A stretch of DNA of 64,000 nt. Source: Planctomycetota bacterium (GTDB lineage: Bacteria; Planctomycetota; Phycisphaerae; UBA1845). This document shows positions 17,753-30,174 of the stretch, piece by piece. Location: NCBI GenBank assembly GCA_016860685.1, contig BOJX01000002.1, positions 10 through 64,009 of the forward strand, in the 5' to 3' direction. The first letter of the stretch is position 1, and each line of letters starts with the position of its first letter. The notes under the pieces were generated by a model. That model worked only from the letters and a program-made list of their open reading frames with translations, had not been told where the DNA came from and did not search any database. Position numbers and translations under genes: made by a program.

Positions 17753-19408
17753 ATGGCAGCCAAGCAGATTGCGTTTGACATGGAGGCCCGGGAGGCGATC
17801 CGCCGCGGCGTGCGCACGCTTGCGCGGGCGGTGAAGGTGACGCTGGGGCCGTGCGGGCGGAACGTGGTGCTCGAGAAGTCGTTCGGAACTCCGACGGTGA
17901 CGAAAGACGGCGTGACGGTGGCGAAGGAGATCGAGCTGGACGACCCGTATGAGAACATGGGCGCGCAGATGGTGAAGGAGGTTGCGTCGAAGACGTCGAC
18001 GGTGGCGGGCGACGGAACGACGACGGCGACGATCTACGCCGAAGCGATCTACGACGAGGGTTTGAAGAACCTGGCGGCGGGCGCGGACGCGATGCAGCTT
18101 AAGCGCGGGATTGAAGCGGCGGTGCAGGCGGTGGTCGAAGAGCTCAAGAAGATGAGCACGCCGGTGAAGAACTCGCAGCAGATCACGCAGGTGGGGACGT
18201 GCGCTGCGAACCAGGACAAGGAGATCGGCGAGCACATCGCGAAGGCGATGGACAAGGTGGGCAAGGACGGGGTGATCACGGTCGAAGAGGGCAAGAGCCT
18301 GGACACGACGGTGGAGCTGGTGGAGGGGATGCAGTTCGACAAGGGCTACCTGTCGCCGCACTTCATCACGAATTTTCAGGAGCTGACGTGCGAACTGGAG
18401 AAGCCTTACATCCTGATCCACGAGAAGAAGATCTCGTCGGTGAAGGACATGGTTCCGGTGCTGGAGAAGGCGGCGCAGTCGGGGCGTCCGCTGCTGATCA
18501 TCGCGGAGGAGGTCGAGGGTGAGGCGCTGGCGACGCTGGTGGTGAACAAGCTTCGCGGGACGCTGCACGTGGCTGCGGTGAAGGCGCCGGGTTTCGGCGA
18601 CCGTCGCAAGGCGATGCTGGAGGACATGGCGATCCTGACGGGAGGGACGGCGATCTTCGAGGATCTGGGGATCAAGCTGGAGAACGTGTCGCTGTCGGAT
18701 CTGGGGACGGCGAAGAAGGTCAAGATCGACAAAGACAATACGACGATCATCGAGGGCGGCGGCAACACCGCGAAGATCAAGGCTCGGATCGACCAGATCC
18801 GCAACGAGATCGAGAAGACGACGAGCGACTACGACCGTGAGAAGCTCGAGGAGCGCCTGGCGAAGCTCGCCGGCGGCGTGGCGCAGATCAACGTGGGCGC
18901 GGCGACCGAAGTTGAGATGAAGGAGAAGAAGGCCCGGGTCGAGGATGCGTTGCATGCGTGCCGGGCGGCGGTGGAGGAAGGGGTTCTGCCGGGAGGCGGC
19001 GTGGCGGTGCTGCGGGCGCTGAAGGCGATCGACCGGGTGGCGAAGGGTCTGCGCGACGACGAGAAGACGGGGGCGGACATCGTCCGGCGTGCGCTGTCGG
19101 CGCCGGTGAAGCAGATCGCGCAGAACGCGGGACTGGATGGGTCGATCGTCTGGCAGAAGATTACCGAGAATGACGATTCGAACTACGGGTTCAACGCGCT
19201 GACCGGTGAGTACGGCGACATGATCAAGATGGGCGTGCTGGTTCCGACGAAGGTCGAGCGCATCGCGCTGCAGAACGCCGCGAGCGTGGCAAGCCTGCTG
19301 CTGACCACCGATGCGGCCATCTCCGAGATCAAGGAAGAAAAGAAGGAGAAGAAGGGTCCGCCGATGGGCGGGATGGGCGGGATGGGCGGGATGGGCGGCA
19401 TGATGTAG
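17753..19408 (+). CDS. groEL: Chaperonin GroEL
   Basis: [20 protein letters not shown]...[34 protein letters not shown]...[10 protein letters not shown], with a C-terminal [13 protein letters not shown] tail. Confidence 0.98.
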   Translation: MAAKQIAFDMEAREAIRRGVRTLARAVKVTLGPCGRNVVLEKSFGTPTVTKDGVTVAKEIELDDPYENMGAQMVKEVASKTSTVAGDGTTTATIYAEAIYDEGLKNLAAGADAMQLKRGIEAAVQAVVEELKKMSTPVKNSQQITQVGTCAANQDKEIGEHIAKAMDKVGKDGVITVEEGKSLDTTVELVEGMQFDKGYLSPHFITNFQELTCELEKPYILIHEKKISSVKDMVPVLEKAAQSGRPLLIIAEEVEGEALATLVVNKLRGTLHVAAVKAPGFGDRRKAMLEDMAILTGGTAIFEDLGIKLENVSLSDLGTAKKVKIDKDNTTIIEGGGNTAKIKARIDQIRNEIEKTTSDYDREKLEERLAKLAGGVAQINVGAATEVEMKEKKARVEDALHACRAAVEEGVLPGGGVAVLRALKAIDRVAKGLRDDEKTGADIVRRALSAPVKQIAQNAGLDGSIVWQKITENDDSNYGFNALTGEYGDMIKMGVLVPTKVERIALQNAASVASLLLTTDAAISEIKEEKKEKKGPPMGGMGGMGGMGGMM

Positions 19409-19503
19409 CCGCGACGGCGCGCATCCGGCGCCGGAGAACCGGACACGAATCTCGTCCCGTCCGGAGGAGGGGGAGCGCGGGGGACGAGTTTACATACCCT
19501 TAT

Positions 19504-19556
19504 GCGAGCGGTTTCTGCGGGGCGGCGTCCCGCAAGAGCCGCTCGCGTTTTTCTTC
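19504..19556 (+). terminator. Rho-independent terminator of groESL
   Basis: GCGAGCGG...(inner TGCGGG/CCCGCA pairing)...CCGCTCGC is followed by GTTTTTCTTC, about 95 nt after the groEL stop. Confidence 0.7.
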
Positions 19557-19637
19557 GGTTCGGCTCAACCTGGTCCGGGGCGGATAAAGGGAAGGGCGAA
19601 ACCCGAACGCGGATCCGGGTTCGGACGGGAAGCATGT

Positions 19638-20396
19638 ATGCCGGTGGTCTCGGACGTGGCGGTGGTGCTGCGGAGGATCGAGTACTCAGAAACCTCGCAG
19701 GTTCTGGGCATCTTCACGCGCGGACACGGGCAGGCGCGGGTGATCGCGAAGGGGGCGAAGCGCTCGACGAGATCGCGGTTTTCGCCGGGGATTGATCTTC
19801 TGGAGGAGGGACAGGTTTCCTTCAGCGTGCGGACGGACCGGGGCGAGGGGCTTTCGACACTGACGGAGTGGAAGCAGACCCGGTCGTTCGGCGGATTGCG
19901 GGAGAAGCTGGAGCGTCTTGCGGCCGGTCAGTATGTCGCGGAGACGACCTTGATGATGACAGTTGAAGGCGACGCACACGCCCTGCTTTATGATGCATTG
20001 ACCTCTGCGTTGCAGTCGTTGTGCGAGGGGGCGGCGGTGCTGGAGACGACGGCGGGGTATCAGCGGGCGCTGCTGGAGTCTGCTGGAGCGTGGCCTCGGC
20101 TGGACGCCTGCGTGGTTTGCGGTCGCGGGTCGGGGCTGACGTATTTTTCTTCTCTGGAAGGGGGGATGGTGTGCCGGGACTGCGAGGGAGTCCGGGTGGA
20201 GAAGCGGGCCGTGGCGGGTCCGACGCTTGAGATGCTGCGCCGGCTTGAATGTGGGGGTGACGCAGGGGCGTCCGGAGCGGAGGAGGTTCTTGTTCGGATG
20301 TTCGACGTGCTGGATTATCACATTGCGCACCTGGCGGGGCGTGAGGCCGTGTCGGCATCGATGCTGGTGCCGAGCAGCAGACGGAGGGTGACGTAA
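19638..20396 (+). CDS. recO: DNA repair protein RecO
   Basis: Contains VLRRIEYSETSQVLGIFTRGHGQARVIAKGAKRS (OB-fold N-terminus) and the zinc motif CVVCG...MVCRDCEG. Confidence 0.88.
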   Translation: MPVVSDVAVVLRRIEYSETSQVLGIFTRGHGQARVIAKGAKRSTRSRFSPGIDLLEEGQVSFSVRTDRGEGLSTLTEWKQTRSFGGLREKLERLAAGQYVAETTLMMTVEGDAHALLYDALTSALQSLCEGAAVLETTAGYQRALLESAGAWPRLDACVVCGRGSGLTYFSSLEGGMVCRDCEGVRVEKRAVAGPTLEMLRRLECGGDAGASGAEEVLVRMFDVLDYHIAHLAGREAVSASMLVPSSRRRVT

Positions 20397-20572
20397 GCGG
20401 GGTGTGAAAGCGCGTGCGGGGGGGGTCGCGGATATGATTGATCAGGTGGCTGGGGCGAGGGTGACGGCGGGATCAGGGGGTAACAAGGCCGGGGATTCGG
20501 TGAGGGAGGGGGAGCGCTTCCTTGCGGGTGCGGGTGGTCATGCGGCGGCGTGTTTTTTCACGGAGATGGAAG

Positions 20573-21535
20573 ATGAGACGTGAAGCGATGGTGATTGCGG
20601 TTCTGAGCGGGTTGGGGATCCTCAGTGTCTGTCTCGGTGCGGCGGAAGCCCGAGTGCAGGCCGGGGGGCAGCCGGCGTCGGGACAACAGGTGGAGAAGCC
20701 ACCGCTGTATGACGAAAAGGCCGATGCGAAGGCGCTGATCGCGGAGGCGGTGAAGAAGGCGTCTGCGGACAACAAGCGGGTGCTGGTGATGTTCGGGGGC
20801 AACTGGTGCGGCTGGTGTCACAAGCTTCACGCCACGTTCGAGAGCGATCCGCAGGTGAAGAAGGCGCTGCTTTATGAATACGTGCGGGTCAATGTGGACA
20901 TCGGGAAGTGGGACAAACACATGGACCTGGCGGAGGCTTACGGGGCGAAGCTGAAAGATTCGGGCGTTCCGTTTCTGACGGTGCTGGACGGGTCGGGCAA
21001 GGTGGTGGCGAACCAGGAGACGGGGTCGCTGGAGGAAGGGGATCATCACGTTCCCGCGAAAGTGCTGGGGTTCCTGAATCAGTGGAAGGCGCCGCCGCAG
21101 AACGCCGATGACGTGCTTAAAGCCGGTTTGTCGAAGGCCAAGGCGGAGTCGAAGAAGGTGCTGGTGTATTTCTCCGCGCCGTGGTGCGGGTGGTGTCATC
21201 GGATGACGGACTGGCTGGCGACGCCGGAGGTTTCGGCGACGATCGGGAAGGCGTACGTGCCGGTGAAGATCGACGTGGACCGGATGACCGGCGGCAAGGA
21301 GTTGGATTACAAATATCGCGGGAGCGACCAGGGCGGGATCCCGTTTTTCGCGGTGCTCGACGCGGAGGGAGTGAAGCTGGCGGACGCGAATCATCCTGAG
21401 AAAGGGAACGTCGGCTTTCCGGCGGCGCCGCACGAGATCGAGCATTTCATCGCGGTGGTGAAGAAGACGGGTCCGCAGCTTTCGGAAAGCGACGTTGCGG
21501 CGTTGCGCAAGAGCCTGGAATCGGCGAAACCCTGA
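20573..21535 (+). CDS. Secreted protein with two tandem thioredoxin-fold domains (each with WCGWCH)
   Basis: Signal peptide MRREAMVIAVLSGLGILSVCLGAAEA. VLVMFGGNWCGWCHKLH and VLVYFSAPWCGWCHRMT are two Thioredoxin_7-like CxxC sites about 125 aa apart. ATG 20573 follows GGAGA. Confidence 0.8.
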   Translation: MRREAMVIAVLSGLGILSVCLGAAEARVQAGGQPASGQQVEKPPLYDEKADAKALIAEAVKKASADNKRVLVMFGGNWCGWCHKLHATFESDPQVKKALLYEYVRVNVDIGKWDKHMDLAEAYGAKLKDSGVPFLTVLDGSGKVVANQETGSLEEGDHHVPAKVLGFLNQWKAPPQNADDVLKAGLSKAKAESKKVLVYFSAPWCGWCHRMTDWLATPEVSATIGKAYVPVKIDVDRMTGGKELDYKYRGSDQGGIPFFAVLDAEGVKLADANHPEKGNVGFPAAPHEIEHFIAVVKKTGPQLSESDVAALRKSLESAKP

Positions 21536-21618
21536 GGCGGGGACGCGGTGAAGCGGGAGGGATCCCGTGTGCGGTTGAGAAGGCGGGTCGCCCGGACTGC
21601 GCTGAAGGAGCAGAGCGT

Positions 21619-22941
21619 ATGACGACAATTGCGAATCCACCGATGAAGGGGGCTTCGCCGGCGGAGGCGCTGGGGGGCGCGCCCCTGATCCGCACGGCGC
21701 TGCCCGGTCCGATCGGAGCGGGGCTGGTGGCGCGAGACGTGCGGGTCAGTTCGCCGTCGAACACGCGGGATTATCCGCTGGTGGTGAAGCGCGCGCTGGG
21801 GTGCGTGGTGGAGGACGTGGACGGGAACCGCTTCCTGGACCTGGCCGCGGGGATCGCGGTGTGCGCGACGGGTCATTGCCACCCGAAGGTGGTGGCGGCG
21901 ATCCAGCGTCAGAGCGCGGAGCTGATCCACATCTGCGGGAGCGACTTCTACTACCCGGTGATGATCGAATTGATGGAGAAGCTTTCGGCGATCACGCCGG
22001 GAGACAAGCCGAAGCGCGTGTTGCTGACGAACAGTGGGACGGAGGCGACCGAGGCGGCGTTCAAGCTGAGCCGGTTTCACACGAAGCGGAAGTGGGCGAT
22101 CGGGTTTCACGGGTCGTTTCACGGGCGGACGATGGGGTCGCTGTCGCTGACGTGCTCGAAGGCGCGGCAGAAGCAGGGGTTCGGCCCGCTGGTTCCGATG
22201 GTGGCGCACGCGCCTTACGGCGACGTGGATTTCATCCGGAACGTGTTGTTCAAGCAGCAGATGCAGCCGGACGAAGTCGCGGCGATCTTCTTCGAGCCGA
22301 TCCAGGGAGAAGGCGGATATCTGATCCCGGAGGCGTCGTTTGTGCAGGGATTGCGCAAGCTCTGTGATGAGTACGGCATCCTGCTGATCTGCGATGAGAT
22401 TCAGGCGGGGATGGGGCGGACGGGGCGGATGTTCGCGTGCGAACATTTCGGGGTTGTTCCCGACATCGTGTTGTCGGCGAAAGGACTGGCGAGCGGGATG
22501 CCGATCGCGGCGGTGATTGCGCAGGAGCCGATCATGAACTGGCCTCCCGGGGCGCAGGGGAGCACCTACGGAGGAAACCCGGTGAGCTGCGCCGCGGCGC
22601 TGGCGACGATCGAGCTGGTGGAAAGCGAGCTTCGGGCGAACGCGGCGGCGCTGGGTCCGCGACTTCTTGCGCAGTTGCAGGGGATCAGTTCGCGACGGTC
22701 GTGCGTGGTGCGTCCGCGAGGGCTGGGCTTGATGGCGGGGGTGGACATCGTTCAGCCGAAGACGGGCAAGCCGGATGTGGGACTGCGTTCTCAGATTCTT
22801 CAGGGCGCGTACCAGCGTGGGGTCATCCTGCTGCCCTGCGGGGAGTCGGGCATCCGGTTTTGTCCTCCGCTGGTGATTTCGGAACGTGAATTGCAGACCG
22901 GACTGGAGCGCTTTGAAGAAGCGGCGGCTGCGGTGGAATGA
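21619..22941 (+). CDS. Class-III PLP-dependent aminotransferase (acetylornithine / 4-aminobutyrate aminotransferase family)
   Basis: Contains DVDGNRFLDLAAGIAVCATGHCHPKVV, TNSGTEATEAAFKL, GFHGSFHGRTMG, LICDEIQAGMGRTG and the PLP-lysine context DIVLSAKGLASGMPI. Confidence 0.88.
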   Translation: MTTIANPPMKGASPAEALGGAPLIRTALPGPIGAGLVARDVRVSSPSNTRDYPLVVKRALGCVVEDVDGNRFLDLAAGIAVCATGHCHPKVVAAIQRQSAELIHICGSDFYYPVMIELMEKLSAITPGDKPKRVLLTNSGTEATEAAFKLSRFHTKRKWAIGFHGSFHGRTMGSLSLTCSKARQKQGFGPLVPMVAHAPYGDVDFIRNVLFKQQMQPDEVAAIFFEPIQGEGGYLIPEASFVQGLRKLCDEYGILLICDEIQAGMGRTGRMFACEHFGVVPDIVLSAKGLASGMPIAAVIAQEPIMNWPPGAQGSTYGGNPVSCAAALATIELVESELRANAAALGPRLLAQLQGISSRRSCVVRPRGLGLMAGVDIVQPKTGKPDVGLRSQILQGAYQRGVILLPCGESGIRFCPPLVISERELQTGLERFEEAAAAVE

Positions 22942-23105
22942 GGCTTCGCGGAATCGGGTCGATCCGGGGGGCAAGCGACGCGCGGCGAGGCGCGGGCGGG
23001 CGTTGCGCATCTTCCGACAATTTCGGAAGAGGGTGCAATTATTGCCGATTCCGGGCGTGATCGCCTGTCATTCTGTCTCCGTGCGGCGGCGAGCGTCCGC
23101 GTTTG

Positions 23106-23134
23106 TTGATGCGGTTGTTGTCGAATGCTACGAT
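23106..23134 (+). promoter_or_regulatory. Candidate sigma70-type promoter for clpC
   Basis: TTGATG-17 nt-TACGAT (4/6 and 4/6 matches) lies in a locally lower-GC stretch about 140 nt upstream of the clpC ATG. This is a motif match only. Confidence 0.25.
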
Positions 23135-23272
23135 CGGAATGAAGGCTCGCTGCGGCGTGGAGATACGGGCGATATCCGGAGGACGGCGCGGGCGACTCTG
23201 ATGGAGGCGAAAGCGGAGGCATCGCGGCCGAGCGCATCTGACGCACAGTCGGCTGCCGGGAGTGGGTGACTT

Positions 23273-25813
23273 ATGTTTGAACGCTTTACCGACCGAGCTC
23301 GGAAAGTCATGGCGCTGGCCAACCAGGAGGCGCAGCGCTTCAACCACGAATACATCGGGACGGAGCACATCCTTCTGGGTTTGGTGAAGGAAGGCTCGGG
23401 GGTGGGCGCGAACGTCCTGAAGAATCTGGACGTGGACCTGCGGAAGGTGCGTCTCGAGGTCGAGCGGATGGTCAAGAGCGGGCCCGAGATGGTGACGATG
23501 GGCAAGCTTCCGCAGACTCCGCGGGCGAAGAAGGTCATCGAGTACGCGATCGAGGAGGCCCGCAACCTCAATCATAACTACGTCGGAACGGAGCACCTGC
23601 TGCTGGGGCTGCTGCGTGAGCAGGAGGGCGTTGCGGCGCAGGTTCTGATGAATCTGGGCCTGAAGCTCGAGGATGTCCGTGAAGAAGTGCTCAATCTCCT
23701 CGGGGCGAACCAGGAGAGTGAGGAGAACGAGGCGGCGCCGGCGCAGTCACAGCAGACCGAGGGCAAGAAGGGCAAGAGCCGCACGCCAGCGCTGGACTCC
23801 TTCGGGCGCGATCTGACCGAGATGGCGCGTCAGAGCAAGCTGGACCCGGTCATCGGACGTCTGAACGAGATCGAGCGCGTCATTCAGGTGCTCTGCCGCC
23901 GTCAGAAGAATAACCCGGTGCTGCTGGGCGAGGCGGGAGTGGGGAAGACGGCGATCGTCGAGGGGTTGGCGCAGAAGATCGTCAGCGGGGACATCCCCGA
24001 GCTGCTGGCGGATCGGCGCATCGTCGTGCTCGACCTGGCGATGATGGTGGCGGGGACGAAGTACCGCGGTCAGTTCGAGGAGCGGATCAAGGCGGTGATG
24101 AACGAGGTGCGCCGCGCGGGCAACGTGATTCTCTTCATCGACGAGCTTCACACGCTGGTCGGCGCGGGCGGCGCGGAGGGGGCGATCGACGCTTCGAACG
24201 TGCTCAAGCCGGCGCTGTCCCGCGGGGAGATCCAGTGCATCGGGGCGACGACGCTGGACGAATATCGCAAGTACATCGAGAAGGACAGCGCGCTGGAGCG
24301 ACGCTTCCAGCAGATCATCGTGGAGCCGCCGACCGGGCGCGACACGATTCTGATCCTGAAGGGCCTGCGCGACCGGTACGAGGCGCATCACCGGGTGCAG
24401 ATCACCGACGAGGCGCTGGATCAGGCGGTGGAGTTGTCGAACCGGTACATCTCGGGTCGCGTGCAGCCGGATAAGGCGATCGACGTGATCGACGAGGCGG
24501 GCGCGCGGGTTCACCTGCGGAGCATGACGAAACCGCCGGACCTGGCGGACATTGAGCGGGAGATCGAGCGACTGACGGTCGAGAAGGACGAGGCGGTGCG
24601 CAACGCGGATTACGAGCGGGCGGCGCAGCTTCGGGACAAGATCGAGTCGTCGAAGATGAAGAAGAAGGACGTCCAGCGCGAGTGGCGCGAGCGGGCGAAG
24701 GAAGTGGGCGGCGTCGTCGACGGCGAGGTGATCGCGGAAGTGGTCAGCAAGATGACGGGCATCCCGATGACGCGCCTGGAAAAGGACGAGGCCGAGCGGC
24801 TGCTGGGTCTGGAGCGGGAGTTGCACAAGCGGGTGATCAGCCAGGGCGAGGCGGTCAGCGCCGTGTCGCGTGCGGTGCGGCGGTCGCGCAGCGGTCTGAA
24901 GGATCCGAAGCGTCCGATGGGGAGTTTCATTTTTGTGGGTCCGTCGGGCGTGGGCAAGACGTACCTGGCGAAGTGCCTGGCGGAGTTCATGTTCGGCGAT
25001 CCGGACGCGATGCTGGTGCTCGACATGTCGGAATACATGGAGAAGCACAACGTGTCGCGGCTGATCGGCGCGCCGCCGGGCTACGTGGGATATGAAGAAG
25101 GCGGACAGTTGACCGAGCGTATCCGCCGGCGTCCGTACTCGGTCGTCCTTTTCGACGAGATCGAGAAGGCGCACCCGGACGTGTTCAACATGCTCCTCCA
25201 GATCATGGAGGAGGGCCGGCTGACCGACTCGTTCGGGCGGCACGTGGACTTCAAGAACACGATCGTGATCATGACGAGCAACGTCGGGGCGCACCGCATC
25301 ACGCATCAGGAGAGCTTCGGCTTCCAGCGGCGCGATGAGCAGGTGTCGTACGACAAGATGAAGGAAATGCTCAAGAGCGAGATGGAGGGCTACTTCCGTC
25401 CCGAGTTCCTCAACCGCGTGGACGAGATGGTGGTCTTCCGCAAGCTGACGCACGAGGATCTGACGATGATCGTGGATCTGGAGGTGAAGAAGCTGGCGGA
25501 GCGTCTGCGCGAGCGGAGCAGCCTGGAGCTGGAGCTGACCGAAGACGCGAAGAACTTCCTGATCGACAAGGGGACGGACGAGAAGTTCGGCGCGCGTCCG
25601 CTGCGTCGGGCGATCGAGCACTATCTGGAGGACGCGCTGTCCGAGGCGATCCTCCGCGGCGAGTACAAGGACAAGAACCGGGTGCGCGTCACCGTGCAGA
25701 CCAACGAAGACGGGGTGAAGAACCTCTTCTTCGAGGGTCACCACGCGGCGGAAACGGCGGACGACGATGATCGCGAGGTCGTCGCGGCGGGTGGAGCCGC
25801 CGAGGCGACGTGA
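23273..25813 (+). CDS. clpC: ATP-dependent Clp protease ATP-binding subunit ClpC
   Basis: [37 protein letters not shown] (double Clp_N repeat), two Walker A sites ([16 protein letters not shown]) and a UVR-like [12 protein letters not shown] segment. Confidence 0.96.
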   Translation: MFERFTDRARKVMALANQEAQRFNHEYIGTEHILLGLVKEGSGVGANVLKNLDVDLRKVRLEVERMVKSGPEMVTMGKLPQTPRAKKVIEYAIEEARNLNHNYVGTEHLLLGLLREQEGVAAQVLMNLGLKLEDVREEVLNLLGANQESEENEAAPAQSQQTEGKKGKSRTPALDSFGRDLTEMARQSKLDPVIGRLNEIERVIQVLCRRQKNNPVLLGEAGVGKTAIVEGLAQKIVSGDIPELLADRRIVVLDLAMMVAGTKYRGQFEERIKAVMNEVRRAGNVILFIDELHTLVGAGGAEGAIDASNVLKPALSRGEIQCIGATTLDEYRKYIEKDSALERRFQQIIVEPPTGRDTILILKGLRDRYEAHHRVQITDEALDQAVELSNRYISGRVQPDKAIDVIDEAGARVHLRSMTKPPDLADIEREIERLTVEKDEAVRNADYERAAQLRDKIESSKMKKKDVQREWRERAKEVGGVVDGEVIAEVVSKMTGIPMTRLEKDEAERLLGLERELHKRVISQGEAVSAVSRAVRRSRSGLKDPKRPMGSFIFVGPSGVGKTYLAKCLAEFMFGDPDAMLVLDMSEYMEKHNVSRLIGAPPGYVGYEEGGQLTERIRRRPYSVVLFDEIEKAHPDVFNMLLQIMEEGRLTDSFGRHVDFKNTIVIMTSNVGAHRITHQESFGFQRRDEQVSYDKMKEMLKSEMEGYFRPEFLNRVDEMVVFRKLTHEDLTMIVDLEVKKLAERLRERSSLELELTEDAKNFLIDKGTDEKFGARPLRRAIEHYLEDALSEAILRGEYKDKNRVRVTVQTNEDGVKNLFFEGHHAAETADDDDREVVAAGGAAEAT

Positions 25814-25858
25814 GGCTCGTCTGAATCCCCGGGATGACACGACGAAATCAGGTTCGCG

Positions 25859-25889
25859 GGGGATGCGCTCAAAGCGCATCCCCTTTTTT
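25859..25889 (+). terminator. Rho-independent terminator of clpC
   Basis: GGGGATGCGCT-caa-AGCGCATCCCC is followed by TTTTTT, about 45 nt after the clpC stop. Confidence 0.85.
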
Positions 25890-26282
25890 CGTCGCTCCAA
25901 ACCGGGGTCAGTGCAGGCGCCGTGTCGCGCTCGACTTGCCGGGTGACGTCAGGAATCCGTTGAAACGGCGGCATTCTGCGGGGTTCCGGCGATCTGAATC
26001 CTTATTCCCGATCGCGCGGCGCGATCAGGCGGATGGCTTCTTGCTGGCCGGGCCAGTCCCCGTTGCGGAGTTCCAACTCCATGTTGTCCGAGCCTCAGCA
26101 ATCGTATTGCGCCAACTGGATCCCCCATCATTCGCGCGTGACGTTTCGCCGATGCACGATTTCGGCATCCGTTCGGGTCGCCACGTACGCGCTCGGGACG
26201 GTCGTTTCGGTGTAAAAGCGCGCTGTCGTTGCGTGGCATTCTACCTGAAAATCGCCGCTGCATCCCCCGCGCGTCGCCCCTC

Positions 26283-26311
26283 TCGGCAAGCGACGTAACC
26301 TTCGCTAGAAT
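26283..26311 (+). promoter_or_regulatory. Candidate promoter immediately upstream of carB (short-leader or leaderless mRNA?)
   Basis: TCGGCA-17 nt-TAGAAT. The -10 box ends 9 nt before the carB GTG, and no Shine-Dalgarno sequence lies between (the sequence there is CCTCCCACC). Confidence 0.3.
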
Positions 26312-26320
26312 CCTCCCACC

Positions 26321-30064
<3,744 letters not shown>

Positions 30065-30174
30065 GACGATCTCCCTGTCCGAGCCTCGCCCGGTCCGTCC
30101 TTACCGCCGCGCTGCGAGGTGCAAGGGGGGACGCGGGTGTTCGCCGCGGGAGTTCGTAACCGGCCCTCGACGCC

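Noticed and set aside
19360-19405. 9-nt tandem repeat (GGGCGGGAT x4) that could look like a microsatellite or mini-array.
   Set aside because: It encodes the normal GGM-repeat C-terminal tail of GroEL.
20452-20480. Canonical G-quadruplex motif GGGG-cga-GGG-tgacggc-GGG-atca-GGGGG upstream of the thioredoxin-like gene. Similar G-runs occur at 17101..17147.
   Set aside because: In DNA of ~67 % GC such motifs are expected by chance, and no positional or strand logic was evident. Noted only.
21391-23010. Long antisense ORFs opposite recognised genes. Examples: 21391..23010(-), 23747..25900(-), 25949..27937(-), 33036..34688(+), 39112..40467(-), 46323..48095(+), 51316..53283(-), 54816..56390(+), 12907..14397(-), 17642..18955(-), 3567..4727(-).
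   Set aside because: Their translations are dominated by Arg, Pro, His, Gly and Asp with no recognisable motifs. Each lies opposite a gene with strong family signatures (aminotransferase, clpC, carB, MacB/Spy-like, radical SAM, AAA+/GT9, repeat protein, guaA and others). This is the expected stop-codon-poor antisense frame of high-GC DNA.
26270-26296. Hairpin CGTCGC-ccctctcggcaa-GCGACG upstream of carB. Its minus-strand loop (UUGCCGAGAGGGG) resembles the PyrR binding loop (UCCAGAGAGG).
   Set aside because: The PyrR-like sequence is on the strand opposite to carB transcription, and the match is partial. It also overlaps the candidate -35 region. It is not credible as a pyrimidine attenuator.
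25834-26298. 154-aa ORF (+) and several short ORFs filling the clpC-carB spacer, including a 26-aa minus-strand MELELRNGDWPGQQEAIRLIAPRDRE.
   Set aside because: The 154-aa ORF begins inside the clpC terminator region, is Arg-rich and has no RBS or family motif. The minus-strand pieces are interrupted by stops in every frame. They may be remnants of a decayed gene, but I cannot support any coding call.
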